Source: Gnetum montanum
Taxonomy: Eukaryota; Plantae; Gnetophyta
Direction: 5' to 3'
Assembly: GCA_015680685.1 (NCBI GenBank)
Contig: MNCI01002041.1
Coordinates: 623,052 to 687,051 of the forward strand
Length of the DNA stretch: 64,000 nt
Part shown: in pieces, positions 1 to 12,716 of the stretch
Layout: every line of letters begins with the position of its first letter
Position numbering within the stretch: the first letter of the stretch is position 1
Notes under the pieces: model-generated
What the model saw: only the letters and a program-made list of their open reading frames with translations
What the model was told of the DNA's origin: nothing
Databases searched by the model: none
Made by a program: the position numbers and the translations under genes

Positions 1-2035
1 ATTTTTATTAATTGCTAATGTTTGGTTTTTACCTTAAGTTACATTGTTGATACTAAGGTATGTTCTTTTGATATGGTAGGCAATGAGATCACTTCATCCA
101 TCCATCCATCAAGTCTATGGTTTCCCTTGGCTTGGAAATGTACAATTCCCTTCCAATAAGAACTTTAACGAACCAGTGACTGGGCATTTCTCAAACTAAG
201 GAAGGACTCAAGGATTTGAAACGGGTGTGACTTCAAGGGAACTTGGTGCTCTTGTGTTGGTCATTCACTTGGGTGCTCAGATGTTTTTCTTCTTGGGTTT
301 TCTTACCGTTCCGATGTAACCCAATAATCGGAAGCTGAGACAATAAAAATAAAGAAGTCTTTGCATGGTGTGGTCCCCACGCATAAAAACACAAAACAAA
401 AAAAGAAGAAAAAAATTTGGACAAAAGAGAAAAAGAAAAAAAAGAAAAAGCTAAAAAGCTAAAAGTGAGGATTCAAAGCACACCCCTTAGANNNNNNNNN
501 NNNNNNNNNNNNNNNNNNNNNNNNNNNNNNNNNNNNNNNNNNNNNNNNNNNNNNNNNNNNNNNNNNNNNNNNNNNNNNNNNNNNNNNNNNNNNNNNNNNN
601 NNNNNNNNNNNNNNNNNNNNNNNNNNNNNNNNNNNNNNNNNNNNNNNNNNNNNNNNNNNNNNNNNNNNNNNNNNNNNNNNNNNNNNNNNNNNNNNNNNNN
701 NNNNNNNNNNNNNNNNNNNNNNNNNNNNNNNNNNNNNNNNNNNNNNNNNNNNNNNNNNNNNNNNNNNNNNNNNNNNNNNNNNNNNNNNNNNNNNNNNNNN
801 NNNNNNNNNNNNNNNNNNNNNNNNNNNNNNNNNNNNNNNNNNNNNNNNNNNNNNNNNNNNNNNNNNNNNNNNNNNNNNNNNNNNNNNNNNNNNNNNNNNN
901 NNNNNNNNNNNNNNNNNNNNNNNNNNNNNNNNNNNNNNNNNNNNNNNNNNNNNNNNNNNNNNNNNNNNNNNNNNNNNNNNNNNNNNNNNNNNNNNNNNNN
1001 NNNNNNNNNNNNNNNNNNNNNNNNNNNNNNNNNNNNNNNNNNNNNNNNNNNNNNNNNNNNNNNNNNNNNNNNNNNNNNNNNNNNNNNNNNNNNNNNNNNN
1101 NNNNNNNNNNNNNNNNNNNNNNNNNNNNNNNNNNNNNNNNNNNNNNNNNNNNNNNNNNNTTTACACTAGGCCGCGATATCGCGTACGCAATATCGCGTCT
1201 TCTNNNNNNNNNNNNNNNNNNNNNNNNNNNNNNNNNNNNNNNNNNNNNNNNNNNNNNNNNNNNNNNNNNNNNNNNNNNNNNNNNNNNNNNNNNNNNNNNN
1301 NNNNNNNNNNNNNNNNNNNNNNNNNNNNNNNNNNNNNNNNNNNNNNNNNNNNNNNNNNNNNNNNNNNNNNNNNNNNNNNNNNNNNNNNNNNNNNNNNNNN
1401 NNNNNNNNNNNNNNNNNNNNNNNNNNNNNNNNNNNNNNNNNNNNNNNNNNNNNNNNNNNNNNNNNNNNNNNNNNNNNNNNNNNNNNNNNNNNNNNNNNNN
1501 NNNNNNNNNNNNNNNNNNNNNNNNNNNNNNNNNNNNNNNNNNNNNNNNNNNNNNNNNNNNNNNNNNNNNNNNNNNNNNNNNNNNNNNNNNNNNNNNNNNN
1601 NNNNNNNNNNNNNNNNNNNNNNNNNNNNNNNNNNNNNNNNNNNNNNNNNNNNNNNNNNNNNNNNNNNNNNNNNNNNNNNNNNNNNNNNNNNNNNNNNNNN
1701 NNNNNNNNNNNNNNNNNNNNNNNNNNNNNNNNNNNNNNNNNNNNNNNNNNNNNNNNNNNNNNNNNNNNNNNNNNNNNNNNNNNNNNNNNNNNNNNNNNNN
1801 NNNNNNNNNNNNNNNNNNNNNNNNNNNNNNNNNNNAAAATACCAAAAAAATCACATACCTCAGACTTGCTTAACCATACACCGTGACACATACAAGCAAG
1901 CCTGGGAAGACAACGAACGATTAACCCCAAGTGTTTCTTGTGGCCTTAAGGCATTTAGTCTGCGGAGTTCGACCGGATCGCGCGTGTACGCTCGTATTCG
2001 TATGGTGGAGTGTAGGGGTACCTCACCACTCATCA
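1..2035 (+). mobile_element. Athila-like LTR retrotransposon, 3' internal region plus 3' LTR (mostly assembly gap), inserted into a BI-1 pseudo-exon
   Basis: 1-491 matches the 3' internal region of the 43138-50098 element (~47525-47975). 1161-1203 has the GCGATATCGC LTR motif. 1836-2035 matches the LTR 3' end (...GTACCTCACCACTCATCA). Confidence 0.85.
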
Positions 2036-2778
2036 GTGTGCATTTGTAATTATGTCCCAAAGGCAAGAGTATCTCTTTCTTGGAAGGACTTTGGCATCTC
2101 TCATCCTATCTGTTTGGTGCCTTGGTTGCTCTTTACATGTTTGAGGTAAGTGCATCATTAAATTCAACTTTTATTTTTTTGAGATCTTATTTATAAATAA
2201 TTATTATTTAAAATAAATTCATTGCAATCACCATCATCTCAACAAAATGGGTTAACTTAGCAAAATTCATGGTTTGAAGATCATTTTTTCTATGTTCGGT
2301 GTGAATGGATATTTTTACCATGACAGGTTACATTCCATTGTTAAGTAATATGTTAAATTCTTTGAACAAAAATGACACCTACCTTACATTTTCTGACCTT
2401 GAATTGAATTAAATAAGAATATCTTTAGTCCTATATTATAGATATTCAGTTGCCATTCATCTTATTTGAATGAATGCTTTCATTTGTATGATAGATATAC
2501 CTTGGGTTTGTAGTTTTTCTTAGATATACAAATGATAATTGAGAAGGAACATCTTGGGGTCTACGATTTTGTTACCCATATATTTGACATCCTCATTATC
2601 CTTGTAGAAGTCTTATTCTATATTTTGATGATATTGGTGAGTTAATAGTACTCTTTACTATATAGAGGTTGTCTATAGCTACACTTTTCTTAAACTAAGA
2701 TTGTTATTTCTTATGTCGATGTTTATGTAGACTAAATATGCAGCTAAAAAATCCAAGAAGAAGAAGAAAAATGATTGA
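2036..2778 (+). pseudogene. BI-1: Bax inhibitor-1 3' fragment, copy A (partial exon, exon, last exon)
   Basis: Translates as QRQEYLFLG...LYMFE|gtaag, ag|IYLGF...IQMIIEKEHLG.YDFVTH...ILMIL|gtgag, ag|TKYAAKKSKKKKKND*. This matches plant BI-1 RREYLYLGG...FE|LYFGL...QEIIEKAHLGDMDYVKH...IIM|LKN..KKKKR, with the same intron positions. Deletions present; 5' end cut by the LTR. Confidence 0.85.
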
Positions 2779-3402
2779 ATGATAATGTTACCTCTAAAAT
2801 AGGGTTTTTTTTCAAGGTTTCTTTGATAACAATTTTGGAAGTTTTCTTGGAAATTGGGTTATAATGAAGCATCTCATTGCAAAAATTGTAAATCTTTCTT
2901 AGTAGTTTTTTTCTGGGATTGTAAATTGAAACTTGTAATGTGATGTGGCTTTAACATCTATATTTACATTTCGGTCATAAGATTTGTAGTTATATTCTTT
3001 TTTTATAAACTAATTTAATATTTTGAAAGAAAAGATTGTTAATAGGAACTTTGTTAAATGATTTGGCATGTTGTTTTAATGGGAATATTTTTGGTGATGG
3101 GCTTCCTTTTATTTTGGGTTTTATTTTAATTAGGTTCAAAATATAATTATTTATAATGTTTGTCATTTTAATTTTGGTAAGAGGGCATAGTATGAGTGAT
3201 TGATAATGATTGTAATCTTATCAAACCTTTAAGAAATGATTGCTTTGTCAAATTTATGAAACTACTTGCTCCAAGAAATTTATGGAACATCAATGACAAA
3301 TATTATATCCACTCTTACAAATAATAAATAGCATAGCTTAAGGTTGGTTCTTTTGATTATCTTTCTTGTATTTATCCTAATGTTTTTGGGCATGCGTTGA
3401 AG

Positions 3403-4219
3403 CATTATGGTATTAGCATGTATGAGTACTATTATAATTTTTGGGTGCTACTCTGCATCTACAATTATGGCCCAAAGACGAGAGTATCTCTTTCTTGGAG
3501 GGACATTGGCATATCTCTTAGTGTGGTTTGAATTTGCATAGTGTCCCTTTGGTGCCTTGGTCCCTCTTTACATGTTTAAGTGCATCATTAAATTCAACTT
3601 TTATTTTGCCCAAATCTTATCTATCATGGTTCAAAATGATTTAATTGCAATCACCATCATCACGACAAAATTGGTTAACCTGCAAGATTCATGATTTGAA
3701 GATGATTTTTTCTATGTTGGATGTGAATGGATATTTTACCATGAGAGGTTACATTCCGTTGTTAAGCAATATGTTAAATTCTTTGAACAAAAATGATACC
3801 TACCTTACATCCTCTGGCCTTGAATTAAATTAAATAAGAATATTTTAATGTTTGAGTCCTATAATCTAAATATTCAATTGCCATTAATCTTATTTGAATG
3901 AATGCTTTTATTTGTGTCACAAATATACCTTGGGCTTTGGTTTTTTCTTGAATATATCATTTTTAACATATGGATGATAATGTTTTTTCTTGAATGTATC
4001 ATTTTTAACATATGGGCGCATGTTAGGTATTACGATTACATTACCCATGCATTTTACCTCTTGATTAACCTTGTAGAAGTCTTATCCCAAATTTTGATGA
4101 TATTGGCCCGGTACTTTTTACTAAGTAGAGGTTGTCTGGACTTTATTACCCTTGAACTAGGATTGTGATATTGATGTCTACGCGAAAAATCCGGGAAGAA
4201 GAAGAACAGAAATGATGGA
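3403..4219 (+). pseudogene. BI-1: Bax inhibitor-1 3' fragment, copy B
   Basis: IMVLACMSTIIIFGCYSASTIMAQRREYLFLGGTL..VWFEFA*; IYLGLWFFLEYIIFNI (locally duplicated)...YDYITHAF. Splice sites damaged. Confidence 0.85.
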
Positions 4220-5499
4220 ATCATAATGTTATAATGTTATTCTTTGATTTTGGAAGTTTTGCTAGGAATTGAACTGTGAAGGATGTGACTGCAAAAATCG
4301 TAAAATGTCTCTTATTAGTTTTTTCTGATTATAAATTGAAACTTAGAAATATGATGTGACTTTAACATCTGTATTTACTGTAAATAAAGGCTGGTAGGGC
4401 AGTACTTTTCAGTCACCAGATTATTGTAAAGTGCAGTCTATCAAGACAATGACAATGAAAATCGAAGAACTTGGTAATCAAATTCAGATTGTTGAACAGT
4501 TTGCATAGTCAAAGACAACCATAGACAGAAGTCACAGCTTCTGAGATAAACCGGCATGCATTGCACAAAAACACTATCGACGGTTGGAGGCTTGTGAACG
4601 CTTCGGTGCTTCAATTAACGTGCAATTTAAACCGGTTCAGATGCATGCTTTTAGGATAAACAGTTTACCTGAACCTTCAGAAGGGAACCAATGGGTTACC
4701 AACCAAGTTTCAAACAAGTAAAAAAGGCCCCAAACATGTTTAGGAATGAGATGGATTTTTGGGAATGCTGCAGAATGCAAGTGGGACGTGATGAGTGATA
4801 GGTTTATTTAGATTAAAATATGTTTAGAAACACAACATATTATGGATAAACTTGTTGCATTTGCCAGATATTTCTGAGATTTTCACTACATTTTAAAAAC
4901 ATTTTGAAAAAAAGAAAATAGGTGTAAGTGGAGTATAATATGTATTCTAAAATCTTGTATTATGCATCATGTAACCCTGCATCCTAGGATGTTTTGGACA
5001 CATTCCCATCCTTTGGACATCCTAGATGCAAAACTTTATGTGTTGACAGGTCCAGCTGTAACATTGTTTATTGCTGAAATTGAAATTTTGACGGAACATT
5101 TTGTTTATAATTTCTTTTATGAAATTTATAACTTAGTTCTATTCATCGAATCTAACCATAACCGCTGATCTAGATTTATTGAGCATAGTCCACGGACCCT
5201 TAACCAAACACCTCCTTAGTTACCTGACCTCTCTGAGAAAGAGTGGTAGTAAAGAAAATTTGAAAGAAGGGGAAAAATAATTAGAAAAGCAAAACACCAT
5301 TTTAAAAAGACTGGACGATGACAGTAACATGATCAGTTTGTGTAAACCGGACGCCATACAGGGACAAAACCCAAAACGTCCTGCAACGCGTCTCTATACC
5401 GAGGCGACGCCAGATATTCTGCAATGCCATTTCTATGTGAAAATAACCCTCCCACAGTCCCACCTCATAAAGAGTGGACTCAGGGTACATTATATACAG

Positions 5500-7770
5500 A
5501 TACGCAATTTGATTCTGAAAATTTTCTTTAAATTGGACTGTAAATGATGTCATTGCAAAAACTGTAAATGTCTTTTTGTTAATTTTTCCTAGTATTATAA
5601 ATTGAAACTTGTAAATGTGATGTGGCTTTAATGTTTGTATTTACTGTAAAAAAAAGTTAGTAGTGCCATGTTTTTCAGAATTAAGATTGTGATGTCGATG
5701 TTTGTGCAAACTAAGAATGTAATTGAAAAATCGCAGAAGAAAAAAGAACAAAAATGATTGAATAATAATGTTACCTCTAAGGTTTATTTGATTTTGAAAA
5801 TTTTCCTGACAATTGTATTGTAAAGTATTTGACTGCAAAAATCGTAAATGTCTCTTGTTAATTTTTTCAGGGATTCTAAATTGAAACTTGTAAAGATTGT
5901 GATGTCGATGTCTGTGCAAACTAAGAATGCAACTGAAAAATCCAATAAAAAAAAACAGAAATGATTGAATGATAATGTTACTTTCAAAACAAGGTTTGAT
6001 TCTGAAAATTTTCCTATAATTGCACTGTGACTGCAAAAAATTGTAAATCTCTTTTGTTAATTTGTTTGGGATTATAAATTGAAATTTGTAAATGTGATGT
6101 GACTTTAACATATGTATTTACTGTAAATAAAAGTTGGTAGAGCAATACCTTATAATTAAGATTGTGACATTGATATCTGTGCAAACTAAGGATACAGCTG
6201 AAAAATCACAGGAAAAAAAAAACAGAAATGATTAAATGATAATGTTAACTTTAAAATAGGTTTCTTTGATTTTGAAAATTTTCCTAAAAATTGCACGACG
6301 TAATTGCAAAAATGATAAATGTCTCTTAATTTTTTTTGGATTATAAATTGAAACTTGAAAATGTAATGTGTCTTTAACATTTCTATTGACTGTAAACAAA
6401 TGCTGAATACTTTTCCGAACTAAGATTGTGTTATGATGTCTGTGCAGACTAAGAATGCAGCTAACAAAAATAACATAAATGATTGAATGATGATGTTACC
6501 ATCAACTAGATTTCTTTGATTTTAAAAATTTTTGTGTAAATTGCACTGTAAGGATGGCTGCAAAAAATTAATCATAAATGTCTCTTGTTAATTTTTTTCT
6601 AAGATTATAAATTAAAACTTGTAAATGTGATGTGGCTTTAACATCTGTATTTAGAAAAGCTGGGAAAAGCTGTGGTGCTTTTCAGAACTAAGATTGTGAT
6701 GTCAATGTCTATGTAGACTAAGAACGGAGCTGAAATATCTAAGAAAAATAAAACAGAAATGATTGAATGATAATGTTACTTTTAAAACAGGGTTTTTTTT
6801 ATTATGAAAATTTTGCTAAGAATTGCACTGTAATGGATGTGACTGCAAAAATTGTAAATGTTTTTTGTTAATATTTTCTTTGATTATAAATAAAATTTTG
6901 TGATGTGGCTTTAACATTTGTATTTACTGTAAATAAAAGCTGGTTGTGCAATAATTTTCAGAATTAAGATGATGATGTTGATGTTTGTGCAAACTAAGAT
7001 GTTTGTGCAAACTAAGAATGCACATGAAAAATCTTAAAAAAGATAACAGAAATGATTGAATGATAATGTTACATCTTTTTTTATTCTGAAAATTTTGTCG
7101 AGAAAGTATGTGACTGCAAACTGTCTTTGTTAATTTTGTTTGGGATTATAAATTGAAACTTGTAAATGTAATGTTATTGTGAATAAAAGCTGTAGTGCAA
7201 TAGTTTTTAGAACTAAGATTGTGTTGTCAATGTCTGTGTTGACTAACAATGTAGCTGAAAAGTCTAAGAAATAATAGAACATAAATGATTAAATGATAAT
7301 GTTACTCCTAAAACAGGGTTTTTTTTCATTCTGAAAATTTTGCTGAGTTGCATTGTAAATAATGTGATTGCAAAAATTGTAAATGTCTTTTGTTAATTTT
7401 TTATGGGATTATAAATTGAAACTTGTAAATGTGATGTGGCTTTAACATCTATGTTTACTGTAAAGAAAAGCTGATAGTATGATACTTTTTAGAACTAAGA
7501 TTGTGATATCGATGTCTGTGCAGATTAAGAATGCAGATGAAAAATCCCAGAAAAGAAAACAAAATGAATGATAATGTTACTTCTAAAATAGGGTTCGTTA
7601 TGTTGAAAATTTTTAAATGGATATGATTGCAAAAATCATAAATGTCTTTTGTTAATTTTTTCTGTGATTATAAATTGAATCTTGTAAATATGATGTGGGT
7701 TTAACATCTCTATTTACTGTAAATAAAAGCTGGTTGTGCAATACTTTTCAAAATTAAGATTGTGATCTAA
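5500..7770 (+). repeat. Tandem array of 8 units (~200-300 bp) made of the BI-1 last-intron acceptor, last exon and 3' UTR
   Basis: The unit gtctgtgcag-ACTAAGAATGCAGCTGAAAAATC...AAATGATTGAATGATAATGTTAC recurs at ~5711, 5921, 6186, 6449, 6718, 7012, 7243 and 7525. Confidence 0.9.
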
Positions 7771-9544
7771 CCTGGTTGTGCATTTGAAATGCTACCAAAT
7801 GCAATGGAGATGTGTTATGCATTTGAAATGCTACCACATGCAATGGAGATGGAGACGTGATGAGTAATAGTTTTATTTAGATTACATTATGTTTAGAAAC
7901 ACAACAAAGGAGGCTTTTATTACAATTTTGATAAAAAAACATTTTGAAGGAAAAAACTAGATGCAAATAGAGTATAAAATGTATTTTAAAATATTATAAT
8001 GTGCACCGCATTCCACCTGCATTGTAGGATGTTTTGGGACATGTCCTTATCCTCAGGACATCCTGAGGTAAAAGTTTTTGTGAAGAAATGTCCTTGTGTA
8101 ACAGTGTTTATTACTAAAACTGAAATTTTAACAGCACATTTTGTTTAGAATTTATGTAATGAAATTTATAACTTAGTTCTATTTAGTAGAATCTCACGTA
8201 ACCATAACTTGGGATCGAGATTTACCCTTAACCACCTCCTTTAGTTACCTGACCTCCTCAGAAAGAGTGGTGGTAAAGAAAATTTGAAAGAAGGGGAAAA
8301 CAAATTAGAAAAACAAAACACCATTTTTCAAAAGATTGAACGCTAAGTAACATGATCATTTTATGCAAACGGGACGCGGGACAAAACCCAAAAGGTCCTG
8401 CGACGGGTCTTTAAACTGAGGCGACGCTAGATTATTTGTTCATTCAGAATTTTACGATAGTTCGATGTTTGAATAAAAATAGTTTTTCATGGCGTTTTGC
8501 TCTCTGTCTTTTAGTCTTTTCTTTGCCCTGTTTTATTCCAAAGAAGTTGCAGCAGTTTTATGTTACTAAAGTTATCAAAGGTTTGCTCCAGCAGGGTTAA
8601 AGAATCTCGTGCTTAAAATTCAACTTTTGATACCGCGATATTCCACATGTTACTTTTTTTTACTATATACCAAGTTCATCAGTTCAGTTCAGTGAGCACA
8701 GAGTTATGTTTTGAATTTTCCTTGGCAATGGCGGCAGACTAGACAGCTTTGCTTGTGTTATCCTGTAAACTTACCAAATAGACACCTTTGTTCATGAGGA
8801 ATGGGGAAAGGGGATATTCACCACGCCTTATTGCAGCAATGCCTATTGAGCCAAGGGAATGATTCTCATCTTAATCTTTACAGAGGAAGAAGAGAAATAT
8901 CTGTAGCAGTTTGGCCATGGGTATCTATTTTATCTTGACCAAGCATGTTTCAGTTAGATTTTTTGCTTTTCTGATGATGCAGATGATGAACACGAAGCAT
9001 GTTGCAGAAGAAGTGACTTAGTAACAGGATTTGTAGCTGAAATATCAATAATGAAATCATTCTTAGCAAACCATATGTGGGCTTTCATTTGGAATTGCAG
9101 GAAAGCAACATCTACTCTGTTCCTTTGGTTGTTTCTCATATTTGGGGTCCGTCATCTTTTAACGATTTTTATCATTTTTATACCAAGACTACCTTTGTTG
9201 TCTGTGATTTTGGAGCAAATCTGTTTGGTTCTTCATTGCGTGGTAAACAAATTTGTGCTCTGTATTCACGGTGTCAAGTTTCCCACGAATGACTTGGTTG
9301 ACTGGAACTATGGAATGACAAAATAATGGTTCTGAATTTCTACAATTATATGGACAACACTACATTCTGCCCTTTGTTTTTGGTGCCGTACAAATAAAAT
9401 TCCTATTGATAAAAGAATGAACCAATATTACTAAAGCATGATTATCTTTACATTGGAATGTGGAGTGTACAATTGTTTATGGTGGCTTGTGGATCAAAAT
9501 GATCTAAGGTATGAGTTCAAATCATTTAATTCATGGAAAGTAAA

Positions 9545-9793
9545 ATCATTTTGAACCATATTTTGTGATTCGGGGAAATAAAAGTTGAATTTAATGATAC
9601 AGGTACCTCACACATGTAAACAATCACAGAGGCACCAAAGAGAGAAGATACAGAGGATTTTCAGCAGCTCTTCCAAGCATTTTGGGGTGTGGTTTGAATT
9701 TGCATCCTGTCTCCTTGTGGTGCCTCAGTCATGTTTAAGGCAAGTGCATCATTAAATTCAACTTTTATGTTACAGAAGTATGGTTCAAAATTG
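9545..9793. repeat. Inverted repeat formed by an inverted BI-1 exon/intron fragment next to copy C
   Basis: 9578-9598 is the exact reverse complement of 9748-9768 (21 bp); 9549-9560 pairs with 9779-9790; 9629-9637 pairs with 9718-9726. Confidence 0.8.
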
Positions 9794-10348
9794 CAATTGT
9801 CATCATCTTAACAAAATTATTAACCCCTAAAAAGCACAAAATTCATGATTTGAAGATGATTTTTTCTATGTTCAATGTGAATGGATATTTTTACCATGTG
9901 TTATATTCCACAATTATGCAATATCTTAAATTCTTTAAACAAAAATGACACCCACCTTGCATCTTTTGGCCCTCAACTTAATTAAATAAAAATATCTACA
10001 TATATTCTAGATATTCAGTTACCATTAATTTTATTTGAAAGAATGCTTTCATTTGTGTGACAGATATACCTTAGGCTTGTAGTTTTTCTTGGATATATCA
10101 TTTTTAACATACAAATTGAGAAGGTGCATCTTGGGGATTATGATTACGTTAGCTATGCATTTGACATCTTTATTAGCCTTGTAGAAGTCTTATTCGATGA
10201 TATTGGTGAGTTAATAGTACTCTTGAGGTTGTTTGTACTTTATTACCTTTGTCTACGCTTTGCTTGAACTAAGATTGTGATGTCAATTCCTATGTAGACT
10301 AAGAATGCAGCTGAAAATTCCTAAAAGAACAAAAAGAAAAATGATTGA
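9680..10348 (+). pseudogene. BI-1: Bax inhibitor-1 3' fragment, copy C
   Basis: VWFEFAS..; cag|IYLRLVVFLGYIIFNIQIEKVHLGDYDYVSYAFDIFISLVEVLF; tag|TKNAAENS*KNKKKND*. Confidence 0.85.
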
Positions 10349-10679
10349 ATGATAATGTTACCTCTAAAACAGGGTTTCTTTGATGACAATTTTGAAAATT
10401 TTCTTGAAAATTGAGCTATAATGAAGTAGCTGACTACAAAAATCGTAAATTGTAAATGTCTCTTAGTAGTTTTTTCTGGGATTGTAAATTGAAACTTGTA
10501 AATGTGATGTTTATTGAAAATAAAAGGCCATAGTAGAGTACTTTTCAATCACAAGATTCATAGTTATATTCTTTCTTTATCAACTAATTCAATATTTTGA
10601 TGGAAAAGATTCTTAATGGGAACTTCCTAAAATGATTAGGCATGTTGTTTTATGGACCTACAAGGTTAAAATTAGGTTA

Positions 10680-12258
10680 TGAAACACCCCAAAATCTGAA
10701 GGCGTGCCTGCTTCACCAAGCCTTTGCAATTCGCGCAGCATTACGACAATTCTTCAGAAGATGGATGCTCTGATTTTTAGATTGTCCGCTTCAGCAAGTT
10801 TTCTAAGTCAAGAAGTCTTGCTACGCTACGCTGTGTAGTGTAGCAAACTTCAAAAGACGTTTGCAGAAGCATAGTGCTACGCTATAGTGTGCTACGCAGC
10901 GTAGCACAGCATAGCAAAAGCTGGACAACCAGTCCCTTCGCCCGACTTCAAGTCCTTCGGCAATGTCTCCTTTCGTCAGAAAGCGACGAACTTGGCAAAA
11001 TCAAGTCATGTTTGCTGCTACGCTATGCTAAGCTACAAGGTGCAGCGAGGCGCAGCAATTATGCGGAAGTGACAAAAGGCATCTCAAAGGGCGGGATCAG
11101 CAAGTTCGCAAGTTTCACAGTGCAAAAGACAAAGTTTGCAGGTTGGCGACGTTTTTTGCGACTAAGGACAACTGCTACGCTATGATACGCTACGTATCAT
11201 AGCGTAGCAAATCTGTGACCAGCAATCACAACACTGTGAAGGTTCCCAACACATGCAATGGGACACAACGCAGATTTTTTTGCTTTAAACTGACGGTTAT
11301 GCTACGCTACACTACATAGCGTAGCACAGCGTGACAAGATGCCACACTACGCCAAGCATGATACGCTACAAAGCATGACAAGGTGTGGTAAGTGGTTACG
11401 TGACATTAATGCACCTCACCCAATTGCACCGTTGCTCTGATAGCGTAATTACGATGCCACAGGTTTGTAATTACGGCATGGCAGGCTCACCCAACGGTCA
11501 TGCAGACACATGCAGCATAGACAAGTCAGCATAGGCCCAAGGCACGTGGCCTTCAAACTTCATCTTTCGCGCACCCTTGGTCCTATAAATACTTCAATGA
11601 ACAATGCTAAAAGGCCTCTGGCACTCAGGCTCTCTTTTTGCACTTTCAGTTCCAATTTTCTGAGCAGTCTAGTCGGCTAACGATTCTGTTGGCTGACAAG
11701 CAAGCAAGATAGCACCAGAACCTCGAGCATTGTAAGCTTCCTGTTTCGACATTGTAAACAGTTAGCATGCTCAATTGGCATTCTGTTATGCTCTTTTCTA
11801 CCACCTTGGTAGCACTTCGCATTGTTAACGCCTGAGTCCGCATTCAAGCACACAGCCGTCTCGTTCTATACGTCTTGGTTACCCTTGGGATCTCTGCACT
11901 TCCCAGCGCTGTGCAACCGATTGTATCTATCCTGAGAAAGCGAAGTTGTAGCTTCAAAGTGGTGCATTTTTCTAACTGCATTTTACTTTATCTCTTGCTT
12001 ATTATTTCATTTTACACTATTTTCTACTTCTTTTACATTTAAGCATTACTTCACGCTATCATTTTTCGTTTTTCAAATCACACATTGCAAAAGGTTATAT
12101 AGACACCGACTAAGTTCCTGTCTGATCGACCAGACCGTTCAGGGCATCCTGTTTCCGTCCCATCTAGCACGGCCCTCCAGTGAAAACGGGGTCGAGACTG
12201 TCGACGATTGACAATCCCTCGACATTCTTTCCAGCCATTGACATTTTCGGTCGCTACA
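10680..12258 (+). repeat. 5' LTR of Tat element 1
   Basis: Begins TGAAACACCCC and ends GGTCGCTACA; direct repeat of 27710-29257; TATAAAT at 11584. Confidence 0.95.
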
Positions 12259-12265
12259 GTTTCTC

Positions 12266-12282
12266 TGGCGCTAGAAGGAGGG
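12266..12282 (+). promoter_or_regulatory. Primer binding site complementary to the tRNA-Asn(GUU) 3' end
   Basis: TGGCGCTAGAAGGAGGG is the reverse complement of the plant tRNA-Asn end ...CCCTCCTTCTAGCG-CCA; 7 nt after the LTR. Confidence 0.85.
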
Positions 12283-12716
12283 CCTTTTGGTGCCCTTTCA
12301 TCATGTCATGGTAGTCCTGTAAGCCTTCTGCACCCTGATACGCATTAGCATAAATTTGACACCCTTTTGCGGTTGTTTACGCATCGTGCGGTGTAGATCA
12401 GTCGCCTCGACGGTTCCTTGGGAGCCCTACAGGACATAAAGCCTCCAATTGCCAGCTGACTTGCCTATCCTACGGTAGTCTTGCATGCGTTCTGTACCCT
12501 ATCGCACGCTAGCGTAAACGTGACACCCTTTTGCAATTGTTTACGCATCGTGTGGTACAAGTCAATCGCCTCGACAGCTCCTCGGGAGCCCTGCAAGACA
12601 TAAAGCCTCTTTTTGATTTCTTGCCAACTTTTTTTCTCTTCTCGTTTGCAAAACTGTTTAGCTTTCCTGATTTCTTTACTTTTTTTGCGTTTGCAAAACT
12701 GTCTAGCTTAGTAACA

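Noticed and set aside
417-1930. Long ORFs of X residues
   Set aside because: Artefacts of translating N gaps.
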